This document shows, in pieces, positions 18,461 to 28,895 of a DNA stretch of 64,000 nucleotides; the stretch's first letter is position 1; every line of letters begins with the position of its first letter. The notes beneath the pieces were generated by a model, which was given only the letters and a program-made list of their open reading frames with translations, was not told where the DNA came from and searched no databases. The stretch comes from a virus. A program made the translations under genes and the position numbers. The stretch spans positions 1-64,000 of the IMG/VR virus record IMGVR_UViG_3300035183_000096. One strand, given 5' to 3'.

Positions 18461-19087
18461 GTGTATTATATGGATATGCTACATTTTTCATTATGGAGAT
18501 AATACTATGGCTTTCATACTAAGCGCTACAGTTAATGGTCAGGAGTTTCCTGTTATACCTAGAGATGTAGATAGAGATATGGGTTCATTAATATTTGACC
18601 CAGACATTACCTTCTGGATTCACAACCCAGGGCCAAATACAGTAAAAATAAAACAAATAAAGGTTATGTCATCACCATATGAAAATGTTTATGTTAATCC
18701 CGAATATAATGTAATCAATCGTGATTTATCGCCGTTTACAGCAACAAGGTTTGTATTATCCTTCCGTAAATATGGTTATTCTGAATTTACCCTAGTTATC
18801 AAGACAGACGACGACGAATACTACTACAGGTTTAGAGGCGTCTTTGTACAGTATTAACCTATGAAAGTAACTATAGCCGAACTTACCGACCAATTTATCA
18901 ATAGAATAGTTTGGGTGGAAGGCGGCTTTGGGCACGGACGCATAAGAAATGTTATTTTTGGTGTTGACTTACGACCGAAAATTGCTATAATTGAGTGTAG
19001 TGGTAGTCCGTATCTCAAGGTCCGGATTGAAGAAAACACTCACGGATTATGTGTTTTTATCCCTATAGAGGTATTAAGGGTAACACC

Positions 19088-19642
19088 ATGCTTGACTACA
19101 TCTTCATGATTGCTTTTCTTTTGCTCACTTCTAGCAATCCACCTATGGAGTTTGCTACCACTGATAATTTCCCATCACTTAGGTGGGCAGTTGCTTCTAC
19201 GGCTTTAGAATTAGAAGTATTAGACCCGCGTGAACTTGGATATGTGTTTTTTCGCGAGGAGGAGTTCAAAAAAGATATAGAAATGGTTAGGCGTAGAATA
19301 GAAGAAATTGGTGATGCCCCTCCATTGAATGACTGTTATCGTTTTCCAGATAGACCGATAGTAAATGAGATGTTGGGGTTTAATAGAGCATTCAAGAAAT
19401 ATCTGGAAGAAAGGCTAATATTAGAACAAGTTCGCGAGGCTGAGTTGCGGGTAGTAATGAAAGAGACAGATAAGTTATATCAAATCTGGGATGCTGTACT
19501 AGACGCTCGTTCCGAATATTACTATGTTACAGTTAGAAGAAAAGCCCTTAAGAGATTGCAAGAATTAATTGGTGAACGTAACTATTTCTATGGCAGACTC
19601 CCACCCCACGTTCCTTTGTGGAGATTTGAGGCTATACCTTAA
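19088..19642 (+). CDS. conserved hypothetical protein, Gemmataceae-like
   Basis: LDPRE..Y..DAPPL.DC.RFP..FNRA..YYYVTVRRKAL..LPPHVPLWRF (recollection). Confidence 0.5.
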   Translation: MLDYIFMIAFLLLTSSNPPMEFATTDNFPSLRWAVASTALELEVLDPRELGYVFFREEEFKKDIEMVRRRIEEIGDAPPLNDCYRFPDRPIVNEMLGFNRAFKKYLEERLILEQVREAELRVVMKETDKLYQIWDAVLDARSEYYYVTVRRKALKRLQELIGERNYFYGRLPPHVPLWRFEAIP

Positions 19643-19914
19643 AGGAGGATGATTATGTTTGCATTTTTAATGAGTGTATGTTTATTTATGTTTGGTGGAG
19701 ACGGTCCTAAGCAAGGGCCGGTTATGGTTAATAACCAGAGAAACTATCATTATCGCCCAGCGATATTCTATGGTTTAGTTATTCCTGTTAGTTATCGGTC
19801 TAGCTATACAATAAACTACATTGGCAACATAGCTGTTATCAATGAATACAGGGTTGGTTACAATATGTATGGCGTACCTGTAGTAAATTACTATTATGTT
19901 CACTATAGATATAG

Positions 19915-20643
19915 GTGATAAATAGCAACAAAAAAACATGGGGTATTCAATTGGAAACGAAGCTATACCGAGTTGGTGGTGCTGTTAGAGACGCTCTTAT
20001 GGGTTTGAAGTCTAAAGATATTGACTTCGCGGTTGAGGCCGACAGCTATGAAACCATGAAAGCGTACATTCTTTCTAATGGTGGCACCATTTTTCTTGAA
20101 AAACCAGAATACTTTACGATTAGGGCGAAGTTGAACAAACAAGATGCCGACTTCGTTCTGTGTCGTAGGCCGGACTCTGTTCAAGTTGGCACCATCCTTG
20201 ATGACTTGGCTCGTCGTGACTTCACGATGAATGCTATTGCAATAAGAGAAAATGATTCTGAAGTCATTGACCCATTTAACGGTCTAAATGACATTAAGGA
20301 GCGGGTCATTCGTTGTGTTGGCAATCCATTCCATAGGTTTAGTGAAGACTCTTTACGTCTATTAAGGGCGTTACGCTTTGCTCTGACCAAGGGCTTTGCT
20401 TTAGACGCCTCTGTAGCACAATGTATGTGGAGTCCAGCATTGGTTATGGCTTTAGCGAATGTGTCGAAGGAACGTATTCGTGAAGAGTTGTATAAGTGTT
20501 TTAAGCACAATACTCTGCAAACCCTAACCATGTTGGAATCCTATCCTATGGTTCGTGATATGGTTTTTGACTCTAACATCATTTGGCTCAAACCTACGAT
20601 GGAGGATAATGGACATGAGCAAGAAAGAAGTGATGGTCGTTAG
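19915..20643 (+). CDS. cca: tRNA nucleotidyltransferase (CCA-adding/poly(A) polymerase family)
   Basis: VGGAVRD, KDIDF, DLARRDFTMNAIA, RFSEDSLRLLRALRF, SKERIREEL. Confidence 0.9.
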   Translation: MINSNKKTWGIQLETKLYRVGGAVRDALMGLKSKDIDFAVEADSYETMKAYILSNGGTIFLEKPEYFTIRAKLNKQDADFVLCRRPDSVQVGTILDDLARRDFTMNAIAIRENDSEVIDPFNGLNDIKERVIRCVGNPFHRFSEDSLRLLRALRFALTKGFALDASVAQCMWSPALVMALANVSKERIREELYKCFKHNTLQTLTMLESYPMVRDMVFDSNIIWLKPTMEDNGHEQERSDGR

Positions 20644-20908
20644 GCGTTCTGGCGATATTAAGAGTTCTATCGGTCCTTTTATGGATTTGGTTGATTGTGC
20701 TAATGGCAATAAACTATGTAGCATACCAATGGATTCTTGTTTTATTGGTTTAGAATACAAGAACATTTCTGAAGTACCCGAAGAACACATTGTTAAACTA
20801 ATACTTGGTCGTCGTGGCTATACGTTAAGAAAATAGGGCCGATAAATCGTTTTTAATTCGCATGACTGGTGTAATCTATTACTATGAGAATTTACATAGG
20901 AGTAGATT

Positions 20909-21445
20909 ATGCCAGCAAAACTAGGAAAAGATGAAATAAAACGAAGAATTGAAGTTGTCGGTTTTCGTGTTGTTAGTATTGAAGGAACCACACATGGAAA
21001 ATGTTGTGTTAGATGTGTTGAATGTGGTAATGAGTTTATTACAACACCGCAAAAACTAATATCTAAACACACTAAATCTTGCGGTTGTGTTGCTAAAGGG
21101 AAAAGGAAGGGAACTGATATTGTGTCGGGGGATTACTTCAGGATTATGAAAGAGGGTGCAAAGCGTAGGAAACTTCAATTTGACATCACTATAGAGTACA
21201 TTTCAAATTTACTTAAAAGTCAAAAATTCAAGTGCAAACTAAGTGGTCTTGATATAACTACATCTTACAATAGAAAGGTTAAAGAACAAACCGCTTCACT
21301 TGATAGAATAGATAATAGTAAGGGATATATAGAAGGTAATGTACAATGGGTTCATCGTGATGTTAATTGGATGAAACAGGATTTTCAAGAAGAATACTTT
21401 TTTGATTTATGTAAGAGGATAATTGAAAATGCAAGATTCGGTTAA
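20909..21445 (+). CDS. HNH-type homing endonuclease
   Basis: TKSCGC; ASLDRIDNSKGYIEGNVQWVHRDVNWMK. Confidence 0.85.
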   Translation: MPAKLGKDEIKRRIEVVGFRVVSIEGTTHGKCCVRCVECGNEFITTPQKLISKHTKSCGCVAKGKRKGTDIVSGDYFRIMKEGAKRRKLQFDITIEYISNLLKSQKFKCKLSGLDITTSYNRKVKEQTASLDRIDNSKGYIEGNVQWVHRDVNWMKQDFQEEYFFDLCKRIIENARFG

Positions 21446-22508
21446 TCTAGCTGGACCTATCAATCAATTAGGGTATGGCGTTGCGTGTTTGAATATAGTG
21501 AAGTTTTCTGAAATGTCAGGTAAGCAACTAGCTTGGCAACCGATTGGTAGTCCAGACATCAAAGATTATGATATGCCCTGGATAATTCCTGCTCTCCAAA
21601 GAGGACGATTTTTTAATCCTAAGCTACCATCGGTTCGTATGTATCATCAATTCGATTTAGCCCTACATTGCGGCAATCCTCGTATTGGATACCCTATATT
21701 TGAGTTGGATACATTTGATGAAACCGAACAACATCATTTATCCAACCAAGACCAACTTTTCGTTTGCTCAAAATGGGCACAGACTATCTTGGAGAAGAAT
21801 AGGATTAAAACACCAAGCGTAGTTGTACCTCTTGGTGTTGACCGCTCTATCTTTCATGAAAAAATTCCTACTAATAGGACAAGTGAGGCTACCGTCTTCT
21901 TTAACGTAGGAAAGTGGGAAATTAGGAAGGGCCACGATGTTATTATTGATGCTTTTGAGAAAGCGTTCACAACAAAAGACAATGTTAGGTTGGTGATGTG
22001 TTGTGTTAATCCTTTCCTTGATAGTCATATTCAGGATGAATGGGTTTCTAGGTATAAGAATAGTGTATTAGGTAACAAAATTGATGTATTAACTCAGAGA
22101 TTGGCTACTCAACATCAATTGGCCCAACTAATAGCTCATGCTGATGTAGGTTTATTCCCGGCTCGTGCTGAAGGTTGGAATCTTGACTTGCTTGAGGCTA
22201 TGTCTTGTGGTAAGCATGTTATTACCACCAATGCAACTGCACACACAGAGTTTGTAAACTCAGAAAATGCAGCTTTAATTAGTGTATCAGATTTAGAGCC
22301 TGCTTTTGACCACAAATGGTTTCGCGGTCAAGGCAACTGGTTTTCATTAGGAGAGAGTCAAATAGAGCAGATGGTCACACACATGAGACATTATCATCAA
22401 CTTAAACAAGAAGGTAAACTTGGGCTTAATGTGGCTGGTTTAGCTACTGCCAATAAATTTACTTGGTATAATACAGTTTCTACATTTTGGAGTAACTTAG
22501 GTGGGTAA
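21423..22508 (+). CDS. GT-B (GT4) glycosyltransferase
   Basis: VPLGVD, NVGKWEIRKG, PARAEGWNLDLLEAMSCG. Confidence 0.9.
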   Translation: MKMQDSVNLAGPINQLGYGVACLNIVKFSEMSGKQLAWQPIGSPDIKDYDMPWIIPALQRGRFFNPKLPSVRMYHQFDLALHCGNPRIGYPIFELDTFDETEQHHLSNQDQLFVCSKWAQTILEKNRIKTPSVVVPLGVDRSIFHEKIPTNRTSEATVFFNVGKWEIRKGHDVIIDAFEKAFTTKDNVRLVMCCVNPFLDSHIQDEWVSRYKNSVLGNKIDVLTQRLATQHQLAQLIAHADVGLFPARAEGWNLDLLEAMSCGKHVITTNATAHTEFVNSENAALISVSDLEPAFDHKWFRGQGNWFSLGESQIEQMVTHMRHYHQLKQEGKLGLNVAGLATANKFTWYNTVSTFWSNLGG

Positions 22509-22657
22509 GACATTTCGTAGGGATAATCAACACGGCAACTTCAGTAAGTATAAAAAAGGCAGGATGAAGTGTCGAGACAAAAGGTATGAAAAAGATAAAA
22601 GGAACAAAAGTAAGATTCTTGTTCCTAGAAACAACGAAACACATAGGTATCCTACAG

Positions 22658-23371
22658 ATGAAGATTCAGACGATAATTACATGCGTTAATTACTCTGATT
22701 ACTTATCCGAAACATTACCGTTTAATAAACGCCATTTCGATGAGTTAATTATTGTTACTACTCCAGAAGACGTGGAAACTCAAAAGGTGTGTGCCAACCT
22801 AAAAGTTCCATTTGTAACAACAAACTCTTTTTATGACAACGGAGCAAGTTTTAATAAGGGTCGTGGTATAAACTTCGGTATTCAATGGCTACAAAATCCA
22901 GATTGGATTTTACATATGGATGCTGATATTGTCTTACCACCTATGACGAGAGCGGTATTGGACAAAGCTCAGTTGAATGAACAGCATATTTATGGTATAG
23001 ATAGGATGAATTGTCCTACGTTTGCGGAGTGGAGGAAATACTTACAAGAAACATATGCACAACACGAAAACTCCATCTATATACATCCTGGTCCTTGGGG
23101 AATAGGCACAAGGATGATGTATCTGGAGTATGGTGGTTATGTACCTTTAGGATTCTTCCAACTCTTTAATGCTAATTCCCATGTGGTAGCCACTACCGGT
23201 TATTATCCTGAAGAATATCATGCTGCCGATTACTCTGATATAAAGTTTAGTCTCAAATGGGCAAGAACTCATAGACATTTATTGCCTGAGATTGTTGGTA
23301 TTCATTTGATGACCGAGGATTCATATTGTGGGGTAAACTGGCGAGGCAGACGTTCTCAGAGATTTGCATAG
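22658..23371 (+). CDS. GT-A (GT2-like) glycosyltransferase
   Basis: CVNYSDYL, FNKGRGIN, HMDADI, GFFQLF. Confidence 0.75.
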   Translation: MKIQTIITCVNYSDYLSETLPFNKRHFDELIIVTTPEDVETQKVCANLKVPFVTTNSFYDNGASFNKGRGINFGIQWLQNPDWILHMDADIVLPPMTRAVLDKAQLNEQHIYGIDRMNCPTFAEWRKYLQETYAQHENSIYIHPGPWGIGTRMMYLEYGGYVPLGFFQLFNANSHVVATTGYYPEEYHAADYSDIKFSLKWARTHRHLLPEIVGIHLMTEDSYCGVNWRGRRSQRFA

Positions 23372-23379
23372 GAGGACAT

Positions 23380-23898
23380 ATGAGCTTTGTTAGCGATATA
23401 CGACTTGGTAAAAGTGGGGAGGCGTATGTTATAGACTTATTTAATTCTGGTGGCGTGTCTATTCAGGCTAACGAGGATAAGAAGAAGTTTTCATATTATG
23501 ATGCTATCTTTTCTTTAGATGGAAGCATATATACCGCTGAAATTAAGTATGATATATACGCTTACAAGTCAGGTAATATAGCTATTGAGTTTTACAACCC
23601 AAAATCCAACAAACCAAGTGGTATATCAATTACCAAGTCAGATTTTTGGATTGAAGTGCTAACCAATCCTCTTAGAGCATATATTACTCGTACAGACCAC
23701 TTGAAACACCTTATAGAGCACCATCCGCCAAAACGTATTATACATAAAGCTGGTGATGGCAACGCAAGTTTATATCTATACGAAACATCGTTTCTAACTC
23801 AAAACATATTAGTGGAACTTAAGCAAGAGGATTTGAAGGATTTATTAAAGGTGATGGTAAATGGATACATTCCCTGTAAAGATTTGCTTAATAGTTAG
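23380..23898 (+). CDS. PD-(D/E)XK nuclease-like phage protein
   Basis: YD..AEIKYD..SGNIAIEF..KPSGISITKSDFW. Confidence 0.7.
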   Translation: MSFVSDIRLGKSGEAYVIDLFNSGGVSIQANEDKKKFSYYDAIFSLDGSIYTAEIKYDIYAYKSGNIAIEFYNPKSNKPSGISITKSDFWIEVLTNPLRAYITRTDHLKHLIEHHPPKRIIHKAGDGNASLYLYETSFLTQNILVELKQEDLKDLLKVMVNGYIPCKDLLNS

Positions 23899-24651
23899 TG
23901 CCCAAAGCTATCAGAAGAGAACTATCCTCTTTTTGATGGAAAGATTGGAGAAGGGGTACCGACTGCCGAGTAAGCCATTAAGCAAAGGAAAAAGTCCTGT
24001 TGGTATTGCTGCCGAATTATTGAAAGACTGTGTTGGAATAGAATATAATGAAGATGACGATGAGGGTAATTGGATAATTTTGTCGCCACAAGATATAAAA
24101 TTTGACAGGGACGAAAACTGTGTCATAATTGTATATGCGTGCGTAATACCTGAGTCTAGTGAGCCTAATGAACATATTGATTGGTTGACTGTCGATAAGA
24201 TTATGCCTATTGAGAGTAGTATATCACAAATCGACAAAACTATTTTACGCACTTTTGGAATGGGTGGAGGTATCAATGCTTAAAGCACTAAAGAGATGGT
24301 GGTCTAAAAAGAAGACGCCGAAAATAGTGATTACTATGCTTAATAAGGAAATCACTAAAATTGAGGTACAATGGCCTCATATAGATTATAAAGATAATCC
24401 AGACCTTAGAGCTTCTTTGATTATGACTATGGCTAGAACGATATTTACTATTGAACAGGGCATATTAACTCCATTTATTATAAACAGTATAGCTGTAGAG
24501 TCTAGTAAAATTGGTGATGAAGATTTTAGTGTTGGAGTACAGAACGCTCTAGCTAACTTACATCTAAATATAAACACCAAAAAGAATGTTTCGTCCGGCC
24601 CGATTGTTAAGCCAAATGAAGTATTCGACCTTCGTAGGATTGTGATGAAAG

Positions 24652-25860
24652 ATGAGTATTAAAAGAAGCCCTAAGAGAAGAAAAGCCTTACTTGATAAAC
24701 TATATGGAAATCAAAATGGTAAATGTTATTGGTGTCGAGTTGCTTTATGCACAGAAACTAGAGATAATGACAAGATAAAGGACAATACTGCAACATTTGA
24801 CCATAAAGTACCGAAAGCGTCCGGAGGTTCAGAAAAGGAAAGTAACATCGTATTGGCGTGTTACAAATGCAACAATCAGCGCGGTAATACATTAGCACCA
24901 CCACGCTTTAGAGAAAAAAACTATACTTCCCGAAGAATCAATGAAGCTGGCGAAGAGTTGTTAGACCTTTATTTTCCTGTTCTGGACTATGGATTTATCG
25001 CCTTGAAAGATTATATGGGCACAGATGCCTGTATAGAAGATGCTGCTAGAACTTCATATGGACATGGCACCAAGAAAAAATCAAGTACGTTTGGCCTTAT
25101 TCGCTACTTGATGCGTCATGAACATATGAGTCCATTTGAAATGGCCGAAGTTAAGTTTCATATAGGTATGCCTATCTTTGTCGCAAGACAGTGGGTAAGG
25201 CATAGAATGGCGAGCTTAAATGAATATAGTGGTAGATATAGCGTTATGCCACTTATGTTTTACACACCAGATAAACTAACTAGGCAGTCAAGTGGTAATA
25301 AGCAAGGAAGAAATGATAATGTTGCTGAACATCAAACCTATTTTCATTGGCAATTAGAGCGTAATCGTAAGCGCGGTGCAGGTCTTTATAATCTAATGAT
25401 TAACAATGATGTTAGTCGTGAATTGGCGAGGATAGACTTACCGTTATCTACTTACACATTTTGGTATTGGAAATGCGATATTCGTAATCTATTACACTTT
25501 ATAGGTTTGCGTTCAGATTCTCATGCACAAAAAGAGATTAGGGTGTATTCTGACATTATAGCGGCTATGATACAAAAGATGTTTCCATATACATTCTCAG
25601 CCTTTATTGATTATCATTTTGTGTCCACAACTTTTACAATTGAGGAAATGCGTCTAATGAGAAGTATAGTTTCAGGGAATCTAAATGATAAACAAATCGA
25701 CGCTTTACTATCTCACAGCGGCTTAGGAGAAGGAGAGAGAAGGGAGTTTAAGGAAAAACTGAATGTTAAAACTAGACCTACGTTCAACCTAGATTTTTCT
25801 CTTGCTAAAACCCCTGAGTATTTTGAGCATCTTATTCAAGAGTATGTTAGGGAGGCATAG
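24652..25860 (+). CDS. thyX: HNH domain fused to flavin-dependent thymidylate synthase ThyX
   Basis: N-terminal CYWC..ATFDHKVPKASGG..NIVLACYKCNNQRG; ThyX motif RQWVRHRMASLNEYSGRY and HMSPFE. Confidence 0.92.
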   Translation: MSIKRSPKRRKALLDKLYGNQNGKCYWCRVALCTETRDNDKIKDNTATFDHKVPKASGGSEKESNIVLACYKCNNQRGNTLAPPRFREKNYTSRRINEAGEELLDLYFPVLDYGFIALKDYMGTDACIEDAARTSYGHGTKKKSSTFGLIRYLMRHEHMSPFEMAEVKFHIGMPIFVARQWVRHRMASLNEYSGRYSVMPLMFYTPDKLTRQSSGNKQGRNDNVAEHQTYFHWQLERNRKRGAGLYNLMINNDVSRELARIDLPLSTYTFWYWKCDIRNLLHFIGLRSDSHAQKEIRVYSDIIAAMIQKMFPYTFSAFIDYHFVSTTFTIEEMRLMRSIVSGNLNDKQIDALLSHSGLGEGERREFKEKLNVKTRPTFNLDFSLAKTPEYFEHLIQEYVREA

Positions 25861-26403
25861 ATATGGACCGTAAAATAGTATGGGAGAAATGGTATGACCC
25901 GCTACAGTCTGCTATAGATGATTATAAATCATTACTTGAAGATAGTTTTCAGGAGCATTTTCATATGGGGCATATGCCGGATGAAATGTTGCTTGATAGG
26001 CCATTTCCCATTAGGGGGCCTGTAGTAGTTACTAATATGGGCATGGTGCCAATTCATGAAGATAATACTCCTGCTAAGATATTCAACTTTTGGATTGGTC
26101 ATACTAATTTCGATATAGATGAACAAGTTAGTAAGAAAATATGTGAAACTCCTGGTGTAGAAGTATTTAATGTATGGACTAGGTATAGATTTAGGCTTGG
26201 AATTGGTAAGGTATTTCAAGATAGGGAAGTTATGGCTGATATAGACAGAATGCTTACCAATAGACGATTTGGTATTAACCAACAAAGGCTAATCAATATG
26301 GTTGCTGACTCATTGAAGAAGCGGCATCGCCAGTTCTACTTAACTAAGGATGATAAGGGCAACATCCAGTATTCACCAACAAAGACGGAGGCGGAACTAA
26401 TAT

Positions 26404-26931
26404 ATGAGTGGAATCCGAAGGAAAAAGTCACAAAAGAGGGAAGTAACCAACGAGGAATTACGGGCGGCAATGAGGAACAAAGACAACTTAGGAATAATAA
26501 AAAGCGTAACAAATAAGTATATAAAATCTATAAGGAAGGATGAATTATATAGATGTGGTTTGCATGGATTATGGAGAGTTTTACAGTATCATAGAGATGG
26601 TATGGGTCAAAAATTCACTACTAGCTTATACAAATTTGTTGATTGGGAGTGTAAGAAGAGGCTTAAGGAAAGAAAAAGAGAGAAGCGACAAATACCTATT
26701 GATACATTAGCTATTGATATAGCTGACAAAACAAAAGATGAGTCAATAAGTCATCTTCTTGAATGTATGACCATGTTACCAAAACCTTATTATGATATAT
26801 TAGATATGTATTATTTTCAGGATATGACATTAGAGGAAATAGGGAATAGGTTAGGATTCACTAAAGAGGCTGCTCGTCAAAATATTAATAAAGCAGAAGA
26901 AAAACTTCATAGAATTTACACTAAGCATTAG
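26404..26931 (+). CDS. phage sigma70-family sigma factor
   Basis: Region 2-like GLWRVL..KFTTSLYKFVDWE; region 4 HTH YYFQDMTLEEIGNRLGFTKEAARQNI. Confidence 0.85.
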   Translation: MSGIRRKKSQKREVTNEELRAAMRNKDNLGIIKSVTNKYIKSIRKDELYRCGLHGLWRVLQYHRDGMGQKFTTSLYKFVDWECKKRLKERKREKRQIPIDTLAIDIADKTKDESISHLLECMTMLPKPYYDILDMYYFQDMTLEEIGNRLGFTKEAARQNINKAEEKLHRIYTKH

Positions 26932-26988
26932 CTTGGTGTATTTCTTTTTAAGGTTACATCTTTACCTACTTATTATGAGGTTTACGAA

Positions 26989-27546
26989 ATGGCAATAACA
27001 ACTAAGCCCGTTAGCAGTGCTTCTATTAAGAACGATGGTGGTACTGTGGTTATGGGCGGAAATAAAGCGGCAAATAGTAGAATAACCAATGCTCCACACT
27101 CACAAATAGTGGCTTTTCCTATCATAGGTCAAGCCATTGGTAGCAAGATTACTACTGCTAGCAACATATTAAAGAAGGCTCTATCATCTGGTAATTTAGC
27201 TACGATGACAGCCGGTAAATATGTTATGACATGGTTAAGTAATACATTAGCTGGCGTTCCAACTACACAGTTGAAAAGCCCATCTAATCGTAATATCAAC
27301 AATCTTCGCTCTATACATAAGATTGAGTCCATTTGGACAACCCGTTCTGTTCTAGCTGGTTGGAGCTATAAGGGTAAATATCTAACCGCTCCAACAGTAG
27401 CAGAAGACGTATTCAAGGCTCTTGATGGTAATACAAACAACATTGATAATGCAGCTAACCCAACTAGGGCACTTCCTGGTGAGCTTGTCTTCCGTGACGG
27501 CTCTGCTGAACCAAAGAAGCTTGATTATAATGAAAGAACTGACTAA
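26989..27546 (+). CDS. probable virion protein
   Basis: Ala/Thr/Asn-rich; DNAANPTRALPGELV; preceded by the GGTGTA motif. Confidence 0.5.
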   Translation: MAITTKPVSSASIKNDGGTVVMGGNKAANSRITNAPHSQIVAFPIIGQAIGSKITTASNILKKALSSGNLATMTAGKYVMTWLSNTLAGVPTTQLKSPSNRNINNLRSIHKIESIWTTRSVLAGWSYKGKYLTAPTVAEDVFKALDGNTNNIDNAANPTRALPGELVFRDGSAEPKKLDYNERTD

Positions 27547-27564
27547 TTAAGGAGGATGGGTTAA

Positions 27565-27978
27565 GTGTCTGATAATATCAATGGTAGGCTAAATCATCAT
27601 GACGTACAGTTAGCTCATCTGACGGCCAAAATTGATACTCTTCACGAAACCATAAGTAGTACCTTCAGACACCTAACTCGTACCTTAGATAAGTTGGATG
27701 GAACTATGCAAAAAATGCAGGATTCCATTTATGGTGGTAGTGGAGAAGTAAGGCCGGTTATATTAAGGATGGCTATATTAGAGAAACAAAGTAGATTCCA
27801 CAATAAAACTATATCGCTTTTATTAAAGCAAAATGAGGGCCTGATACTAGAAGATAAAAAGCAGCGTTGGAAATTTTTTATGATGCTATATGGCTCAATA
27901 GTATCGGTTACAATGCTAGGTTTAGCATATCTGATGGACAAACAATGGCCGACTTGGTTGTGGAAACTGTTCGGCTAA
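27565..27978 (+). CDS. coiled-coil membrane protein (holin/XhlA-like topology)
   Basis: Coiled coil followed by a C-terminal TM helix. Confidence 0.5.
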   Translation: MSDNINGRLNHHDVQLAHLTAKIDTLHETISSTFRHLTRTLDKLDGTMQKMQDSIYGGSGEVRPVILRMAILEKQSRFHNKTISLLLKQNEGLILEDKKQRWKFFMMLYGSIVSVTMLGLAYLMDKQWPTWLWKLFG

Positions 27979-28045
27979 GATAAAAATGACAGCCCTGTGT
28001 GTATTATATACATACAGGGTTTTTTAGTGCCCAAGAGGTGTTCAA

Positions 28046-28882
28046 ATGAAGAACATGTTCATATTCATATTAGGATTCTTACTTATGGCATCACCAGGAT
28101 TCGCTCAGGATAGCAACAAGTTTGTTATACCAAAGCAAGACATCGTTGGTATAGAGGAACCGGTTCCTACTGGTGATATTGTAATTCTTAGGGTTTCTCC
28201 AATCCAAGATAAGGTGGAGTATCTAAAGAGCGTAGAGTATCGTTGGATTATAATTAGAGACGGTAAGATTGTTACAAGGTTTATCGCAATGAATGATAGT
28301 ATAGTATTTGGCGCTGGTAGTGACCCGAACGTTGATATAAAGGTATTTCTTATAAGAGCTTATAACTACGAGATTACCGAAGAACTCACTACAAAAGACG
28401 ACAAGAAAGTAAAAGTCGTTAAGGAGTCAGGTATGCGTTTAGCAGACCCAATCATAGCTCAGGTTAAGTTGAGAGGCCCAAATCCTCCTGTACCACCACC
28501 TAATCCAGTGGACCCTGACCCTATATTTCCAATAGGAAGGTTTGATTTAGCAAAAGTAAGTTATAATGCTGTAAAGCAGGTTACAGCCCTAGATAGTGCT
28601 AGAAGAGTACAAGCGGCTAGAGCATTAGCTAGGTCATATAGTTCTATTGCAAGCTCAATAAGGGCTGGGGCTATTACTAATCCTAAGAAGGCTTTAGAAG
28701 AAACCAAAGCTGCTAATGACATTGCTTTAAGGGATTTAGGTATCCGTGGTGAATTTGAGCCTTGGGACCAAGCCTTAAAATCTGTACTTGTTAATCTAAA
28801 CTCATCTGGAAAACTTAAGACAATGGATGACTTTGCTACTGCGTGGGATGAAATCGCCCAAGGTTTGAATGCCGCAAAGTAA
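28046..28882 (+). CDS. secreted protein with Pro-rich linker
   Basis: Signal peptide ending GFA-Q; PNPPVPPPNPVDPDP linker. Confidence 0.65.
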   Translation: MKNMFIFILGFLLMASPGFAQDSNKFVIPKQDIVGIEEPVPTGDIVILRVSPIQDKVEYLKSVEYRWIIIRDGKIVTRFIAMNDSIVFGAGSDPNVDIKVFLIRAYNYEITEELTTKDDKKVKVVKESGMRLADPIIAQVKLRGPNPPVPPPNPVDPDPIFPIGRFDLAKVSYNAVKQVTALDSARRVQAARALARSYSSIASSIRAGAITNPKKALEETKAANDIALRDLGIRGEFEPWDQALKSVLVNLNSSGKLKTMDDFATAWDEIAQGLNAAK

Positions 28883-28895
28883 GGAGTTATAAAGC

